Source of the DNA: Patescibacteria group bacterium
Lineage (GTDB): Bacteria; Patescibacteriota; UBA1384; XYA2-FULL-43-10
Length of the DNA: 32,000 bases
NCBI GenBank assembly: GCA_041674405.1
Contig: JBAYVT010000001.1
Coordinates: 218,827-250,826 of the forward strand
Direction: 5' to 3'
In this document: piece by piece, positions 27,053 through 32,000 of the stretch
Layout: each line of letters starts with the position of its first letter
How positions within the stretch are numbered: position 1 is the stretch's first letter
The notes under the pieces: model-generated
Told to the model about the DNA's origin: nothing
Databases searched by the model: none
What the model saw: only the letters and a program-made list of their open reading frames with translations
Position numbers and translations under genes: made by a program

Positions 27053-27763
27053 ATGAAAAATCTTATTTCTATTTCAACCGGGCTAGTTTATAAATTTACA
27101 GACAAACGCAATGAAATGATTCGCATGCTCCGCGAGTTTTCTCCTGATGGAATCGAACTCTCTTTTGCCGATTCTACATACCTCTTCGACTTTAAAATCT
27201 CTGAGGAGAATGTTGATTATTTACGATCTTTACCCTATACAACTATCCATGCACCCTGGATCGATATTCGGTATGCCAATAACGATAAAAGTAAAAAGGT
27301 CCTCGACCTTATAGAAAAATTGTACAGAAAAACCGGCGCCAAAAACGTGACTATCGAACCGAGAGAAATTGATGATTATAGCATACTCGGTTCTTATGAT
27401 TTTCAGATCTCGATAGAGAACGCCGATATCCGCAAGCCTTTCTGTGCTGCCGAGGAATTGTTGTCTATACTGAATAAAAATCCAAAGCTAAAATTGACGC
27501 TCGATATTGCCCATTCGATGACAGCGAATCCAGATCTATTTGATCAATTGCTTTCAACCGGAAAAATCTCCCAAATTCATGCAGCTTATTTTGACATATC
27601 TCTCTCTGATCACTTTTTCTTCCACAAATACGCTACGCCGGAGTTGATTGCACAGATTAAGAAAATCCCGGAGAATATTCCGCTTGTTCTCGAAGCCGTC
27701 GCCGGCAAACGCGAAGAAATCTCCTCAGTAAGAGATGAAATCAAGTTTTTGCGATCTCTATAA
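27053..27763 (+). CDS. Sugar phosphate isomerase/epimerase-like TIM barrel protein
   Basis: EFSPDGIELSFADSTY, YTTIHAPWIDIRY, LTLDIAHSM, IHAAYFDISLSDHFFF. Confidence 0.8.
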   Translation: MKNLISISTGLVYKFTDKRNEMIRMLREFSPDGIELSFADSTYLFDFKISEENVDYLRSLPYTTIHAPWIDIRYANNDKSKKVLDLIEKLYRKTGAKNVTIEPREIDDYSILGSYDFQISIENADIRKPFCAAEELLSILNKNPKLKLTLDIAHSMTANPDLFDQLLSTGKISQIHAAYFDISLSDHFFFHKYATPELIAQIKKIPENIPLVLEAVAGKREEISSVRDEIKFLRSL

Positions 27764-27911
27764 AAACGCCTTTTGATATTATTCTTTTACGAAGTTGTCG
27801 GTTTTTGTGCTGGTTTTTGTTATTCAAATTTTCCCTAGATGATTGACATCCAATCACCTTTTTTGTATATTGTCGGGGTCCGACAACCCTAACACCACAA
27901 GGAGAAACGCA

Positions 27912-28424
27912 ATGTCTAGACCCGAGCCGGATATGCGGTTTCACTCGATCGGACACGTCCCGGTCGATGTCCTCCGATACGCAGGGATCAAGGTCCTGCT
28001 CTTTGATGTCGACAATACCTGCGCGCTCCGCAAGTTTGGTTGCCTGACCAACGAGGCGATCGACTTGATCATGAAGGCAAAGGCAGCTGGAATGACCGTC
28101 GTCCTCGTGTCGAACGTCGTCTCCAGCAAGCGCCGGATCGAGCGCGTACGAAAGATGGCGTACGACAACGATGTGGCCTTCGTCTGTGCTACATTTCCGC
28201 GACTCAAGCCGCACCCCGCCCCGTACCAGGAAGCCATGAGCCTTGCTGACGCCAAGCCGAATGAGGCTTGCATGATCGGTGACCAGCTCTTCACCGACGT
28301 GAAAGGCGCAAAGCGTCTCGGCATGATGGCAATTCTGGTAGATCCACTCGGCAGTGACCACCTTGTCACCACACCGAGGCGCCTGCTCCAGAACTTGGCC
28401 CTCCGCAAGGTGGCCTACACCTGA
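27912..28424 (+). CDS. YqeG-like HAD-superfamily IIIA phosphatase; G+C-rich cassette
   Basis: VLLFDVDNTCALRKFG, VVLVSNVVSSKRRIER, FPRLKPHPAPYQEA, CMIGDQLFTDVKGAKRLGM. SD AAGGAG before ATG 27912; promoter TTGACA-17-TATATT upstream. Confidence 0.88.
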   Translation: MSRPEPDMRFHSIGHVPVDVLRYAGIKVLLFDVDNTCALRKFGCLTNEAIDLIMKAKAAGMTVVLVSNVVSSKRRIERVRKMAYDNDVAFVCATFPRLKPHPAPYQEAMSLADAKPNEACMIGDQLFTDVKGAKRLGMMAILVDPLGSDHLVTTPRRLLQNLALRKVAYT

Positions 28425-28442
28425 AGCAGCAACCCATCGCAG

Positions 28443-28479
28443 TTCCGTGACCTCTCCCCCGTGGGAGAGGTTTTCGGTT
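28443..28479 (+). terminator. Terminator hairpin of the HAD gene
   Basis: GACCTCTCCCCCGTGGGAGAGGTTTTCGGTTT. Confidence 0.75.
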
Positions 28480-28542
28480 TAGATAATGAAATTAGCTAAT
28501 TCGGCGAAATTAAACCACCATTTATGTTCGGCAAATGTTCGG

Positions 28543-28551
28543 TTATCCACA
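28543..28551 (+). promoter_or_regulatory. DnaA-box-like sequence
   Basis: TTATCCACA upstream of the LexA-methyltransferase gene. Confidence 0.35.
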
Positions 28552-28617
28552 GTTACATTTTTGACATTCCATAATACAATAGATCTAGAAATAAAATAGA
28601 AAACACAGGGAGGTGTT

Positions 28618-30153
28618 GTGTTGACGAAAAGGCAGCAAGAAATTCTGGACTATATAAAAAAATATCAGGCTAAACATAAATTTTCTCCCTCTCTTGATGA
28701 AATTCGACAAAAGTTTGGGTTTGCCTCCGTTTCGACGGCACACTTCCACGTGTCAAAGCTTCAGGAAATGGGATATTTGGAAAAAGGAAACCATCAGGCT
28801 CGCTCGATTGACGCAACAAACCAAGAAGAATTGATGCGCATTCAGATAGTTGGCACTATTGCTGCCGGATTTTCTATTGAAGCAATAAAATTATCAGATC
28901 GCGACATTGCAGTCTCGACCAAAGAATTGGACCCTAAACAAAAATATTACGCCCTCAAAGTGAGGGGTGACAACATGACCGACGAAGGAATTTTCGATGG
29001 TGACATTGTTGTTTTAAGAAATCAAAGTACAGCAAAAGAAGGAGAAACAGTCGTTGCAATTATCGATGGCAATAAAGCCATTCTGAAAAAATTTTTTAAG
29101 GAAAAAAATAGAATTAGATTGCAATCAGCAAACCAATCAATGCTGCCGATCTTCCGAAAAGACGCCGAAATAAAAGGTGTGGTTGTTAAGATCATAAGAA
29201 ATCTGGAAAATAATTCCGAAAACACATTAGCAGACAGAAAAAAAGAATATTTACTTAAAATCAAAAGTAAAAACCCAAACAGCCAAAATAAGTACAAAAG
29301 AGTGGCTCTTTCCCCGATTAGATATGCCGGTGGCAAGAGCCTGGCAGTAGGCCATGTCATAGAACTGCTTCCTGATAATATCACCCGGCTTGTTTCTCCG
29401 TTTTTTGGCGGTGGCTCTATAGAAATTGCAGCAAGCAAACACTTGGGACTCGAAGTCATTGGATATGATATTTTCGACATTTTGTGCAATTATTGGAATT
29501 TTCAAATTAAAAATCCTGAGCTTTTATATACGAGTCTCAAAAAACTCAAGCCAGATAAGGCGACATTTGAAAAAATTAGATTTATTCTAAATGATGTTTG
29601 GAAGAAGAAAACTAAGCTAGATCCTCTTACCATGGCTGTTTACTATGTTTACAACTTCAACCTATCTTACGGCCCCGGATTTATGGGATGGGCTTCAGAT
29701 ATTTATCTGGATGAATCTAGATATGAAAGAATGCTCGCACGAATACGAGATTTCGATCCACAAAACCTCAGAGTAGAGTGCGCCGATTTCAGGGACGTTA
29801 TGAAAAAACATGTGAGTGATTTTTTATATTGCGATCCCCCATACTATATCGGGGCAGATTCAAAAATGTTCAAAGGTATATACCCCATGAGAAATATCCC
29901 GGTCCATCACAACGGATTTCCACATGAAGAGCTCCGAGATCTCTTGAAAAAACACAAGGGTGGGTTTGTCTTATCCTACAATAATTGCCCGACTATCCGA
30001 GAGTACTATAAAGATTTTCAACAATTATTTCCCACCTGGCAGTACACGATGGGCCAGGGCGAAACGAGGATTGGAACAAATAGAATCAAACATGGCGACA
30101 ATCACATTAAAGAATCGCACGAACTCTTGATTTATTCGCCGCCAAAAATATAG
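28618..30153 (+). CDS. LexA-like repressor (catalytic Ser replaced by Asn) fused to D12-class adenine-N6 DNA methyltransferase
   Basis: LTKRQQEILDYIKKYQ...SPSLDEIRQKFGF (LexA wHTH), VGTIAAGF (cleavage-site-like), YALKVRGDNMTDEGIFDGDIVV, then SPIRYAGGKS, VSPFFGGGSIEIAA, DFLYCDPPYYIG. GTG 28618 or TTG 28621 start. Confidence 0.93.
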   Translation: MLTKRQQEILDYIKKYQAKHKFSPSLDEIRQKFGFASVSTAHFHVSKLQEMGYLEKGNHQARSIDATNQEELMRIQIVGTIAAGFSIEAIKLSDRDIAVSTKELDPKQKYYALKVRGDNMTDEGIFDGDIVVLRNQSTAKEGETVVAIIDGNKAILKKFFKEKNRIRLQSANQSMLPIFRKDAEIKGVVVKIIRNLENNSENTLADRKKEYLLKIKSKNPNSQNKYKRVALSPIRYAGGKSLAVGHVIELLPDNITRLVSPFFGGGSIEIAASKHLGLEVIGYDIFDILCNYWNFQIKNPELLYTSLKKLKPDKATFEKIRFILNDVWKKKTKLDPLTMAVYYVYNFNLSYGPGFMGWASDIYLDESRYERMLARIRDFDPQNLRVECADFRDVMKKHVSDFLYCDPPYYIGADSKMFKGIYPMRNIPVHHNGFPHEELRDLLKKHKGGFVLSYNNCPTIREYYKDFQQLFPTWQYTMGQGETRIGTNRIKHGDNHIKESHELLIYSPPKI

Positions 30154-30693
30154 CTACTTTTTCTTAAGCCTATTTTGATGATAAAGGTTGTGCTGCTTGG
30201 CAAGATCTTCCGGATAAGGCTTATTGTTCTCTTGAAAATTCCATTCAGGATAGCATGCCTTTCTTGAGTAATAATCCGACTTGCAAAGGTCTTCCATCTC
30301 TTTAAAACTAGCAATTTCCCTTTGTTCCGAGTCAAAAAGCCCATTCACTGATGCCATAGCTTTTGGTGACGTGATCATAAAAAGCTCAACTTTTGAACCC
30401 AATTTCAATGCCCGCTCAATTAGAAGATGAATGACAAAACGTGGAACACCCGGGCTTCCGGTCATCGCGCCTGTATAGAAACTCATTGTTGCTTTTATTC
30501 CGCCCTTGCCGGCTGATCCGCCAATTTTTTTGATGATACCATCTTGGGTAATGATATATATTCGTGCCCGATCGTCCACAAGAGTGCTATTTTCAATTTC
30601 TTTAGAATATTTGAGCTCGATTTTATTTCGATGATTTGCCTTGAGGACAAAATCACCGATTTTTATTGCTGTCTTCACATCACTGATATGCAT
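30154..30693 (-). CDS. Hypothetical protein, possible GIY-YIG-like nuclease/restriction partner
   Basis: ARIYIITQDGIIKKIGGSAGKGGIKATMSFY...FVIHLLIERALKLG; tail-to-tail and directly abutting the methyltransferase gene. Confidence 0.5.
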   Translation of the reverse strand: MHISDVKTAIKIGDFVLKANHRNKIELKYSKEIENSTLVDDRARIYIITQDGIIKKIGGSAGKGGIKATMSFYTGAMTGSPGVPRFVIHLLIERALKLGSKVELFMITSPKAMASVNGLFDSEQREIASFKEMEDLCKSDYYSRKACYPEWNFQENNKPYPEDLAKQHNLYHQNRLKKK

Positions 30694-30850
30694 TTTGAAT
30701 CTCCCATTTGATAAATATCAAGGCTACACTACTCCCGTAGAGGTAAAAAGGCAAATTCGCCGAGAACAAAGTCTAAATTTTGTTGACGGAAGGCTACTAA
30801 AACGCTATTATCTCGTTGCGTACCATCCTATATACTACGAGGTGAGGCTC

Positions 30851-31450
30851 ATGCCTCGACGGAACCACCAAAAACACGGGGCAGGCAGGAGCCGAACTGG
30901 CTCGGCGTTCTTCAAGAAGCTGGGGGGAGGTGATGTCGTATACGACCTTCCGGCCGATAACTCGCTGGATGATGGCTGGATTGGGGAAGCTCCGGGTCGC
31001 TACTTCGGTTTGCCCGGCTTCGTTCCGGTTACTGCCGAAGAGCCGGAGCCAAAGCCAGAGCCAGATCTGCCTCACGGCGTCGGATTCACAGAGCCGATCG
31101 AGGGCGCCGCTGGCGTGGTGCAGTTCTACCACCACGAAAGAGGATTTGGCTGGATCAAGCTCGACCACGACAGAAGAACCGTTTTCGCGCATGTCAGTGG
31201 GCTTGTGCACAGCAACGGGGAAAAGCCCTTCCTCTGGAAAGGCATGGAGGTCACCTTCGACGTCACCTTCGAGGCACGATTCGATCGGTGGCAAGCCGTG
31301 CATGTTCGCCTCACAAACAGCCAGAGCTTCACGGAGTGGGGTAGTAAGCGCGGCATCTACTTCGAGACCGAGGAGGACTTCCTCGGGCACCGGCAGATAT
31401 ATCTGCGCGATCGCAGATCCCATAGGGAGCGCGTGCGGGTTTGCCCGTAG
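30851..31450 (+). CDS. Cold-shock-like (CSD) domain protein in a G+C-rich cassette
   Basis: GVVQFYHHERGFGWIKLDHDRRTVFAHVSGL; SD GAGGTGAG upstream of ATG 30851; promoter TTGACG-17-TATTAT at about 30783. Confidence 0.75.
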   Translation: MPRRNHQKHGAGRSRTGSAFFKKLGGGDVVYDLPADNSLDDGWIGEAPGRYFGLPGFVPVTAEEPEPKPEPDLPHGVGFTEPIEGAAGVVQFYHHERGFGWIKLDHDRRTVFAHVSGLVHSNGEKPFLWKGMEVTFDVTFEARFDRWQAVHVRLTNSQSFTEWGSKRGIYFETEEDFLGHRQIYLRDRRSHRERVRVCP

Positions 31451-31483
31451 TCTCGCAACAAGACACATATAGTCGTACATGCG

Positions 31484-31512
31484 CCTCGCCGGCTCCCGGC
31501 GAGGCGCATTCG
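31484..31512 (+). terminator. Terminator-like hairpin of the CSD cassette
   Basis: ATGCGCCTCGCCG...CGGCGAGGCGCAT. Confidence 0.8.
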
Positions 31513-31530
31513 TTATATACATTTATATCA

Positions 31531-31559
31531 TTGACATTTGATCGTAATTTCTATATAAT
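31531..31559 (+). promoter_or_regulatory. tmRNA promoter
   Basis: TTGACA - 17 nt - TATAAT, 49 nt upstream of the mature 5' end. Confidence 0.9.
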
Positions 31560-31608
31560 TGAATTCAAATCCTCTTGATTTTGTAAATATTTCGCCCTGG
31601 GCAAACAT

Positions 31609-32000
31609 GGGGGTGTATTAGTTTCGACAGAAGGACCTTAAAAACATATCTGCAAGTAAGTGGGTAAGCCGCTTTATAAGCGTTTACAAATTTAAGTGCA
31701 AAAACACTTTCAGAGAGAGTAAAGACTGCTTTCGCAGGATTTGCTTTTTCGCCAGTTGCTGCTTAATTAATTAGTAGCAACCATCCGCCCTTCCGCTTTT
31801 CGACGGGAGAGATCGGGTGTTATATTTCGAAATGCTGATTTTCCGGTTCTTGCGCGGAAAATAGTAAGCCAAACAGCGAGATAAGATAATAGTTTTCTGC
31901 CTTGGTTGAGCTATTATTCGAACAAATCACCAAGGCAAAACTTGTAGACGATATGTTTGAAGCCTTTTGGACAGGGGTGCAACTCCCCTCACCTCCACCA
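31609..32000 (+). ncRNA. ssrA: Transfer-messenger RNA (one-piece)
   Basis: 5' GGGGGTGTATTAGTTTCGAC, 3' CACCTCCACCA; acceptor stem GGGGGTG/CACCTCC; tag frame ends ...FAFSPVAA-TAA. Confidence 0.96.

Noticed and set aside
27741-28408. Minus-strand ORFs opposite the YqeG-like gene (206 aa and 155 aa)
   Set aside because: Antisense shadows of a G+C-rich coding region; the plus-strand HAD motifs, promoter and SD are convincing.
30797-31522. Minus-strand 241-aa ORF and plus-strand 180-aa ORF over the CSD gene
   Set aside because: Low-complexity shadow frames; the CSD frame has motif, SD, promoter and terminator support.
30700-31550. Possible flanking repeats around the CSD cassette (CATTTGATAAATATC versus CATTTGATCGTAATTTC)
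   Set aside because: Short imperfect A+T-rich similarity; not comparable to the exact 22-bp repeats of the HD-methyltransferase cassette.

Overview
AT-rich bacterial backbone (about 35-40% G+C by eye) with small genes, tight spacing and an RNase P RNA, tmRNA and two tRNAs. It looks like a Patescibacteria/CPR-type genome, which is inference only. The backbone encodes mostly housekeeping, nucleotide and transport genes: RRM protein, slipin, two ABC exporters, PEBP, RNase HII, ThrRS, GlyA, three NUDIX proteins, HD proteins, a dcd/dCMP deaminase/ThyX-like cluster, and a GNAT-MazG-ferredoxin/Trx-NUDIX/HD-AEC-TIM barrel operon. Five G+C-rich, single-gene cassettes interrupt it (about 1-1240, 1900-2400, 12240-13400, 27840-28470, 30800-31515), several with their own promoter and terminator. 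One, an HD-methyltransferase fusion, sits between two exact 22-bp direct repeats. The strongest unusual observations are: (i) a LexA-like repressor, with the catalytic Ser replaced by Asn, fused to a D12-class adenine DNA methyltransferase and abutting a convergent ORF of possible nuclease type; (ii) an XRE-HTH/Hsp20 fusion whose linker is three exact 30-bp repeats, with an internal RBS/start and a palindromic operator over its promoter; (iii) the direct-repeat-flanked HD-methyltransferase cassette next to the rnpB promoter; (iv) a structured, CCA-ended tRNA-like element repeating the 3' end of tRNA-Gln; (v) a NUDIX gene with no ATG/GTG/TTG start. No CRISPR array was seen.
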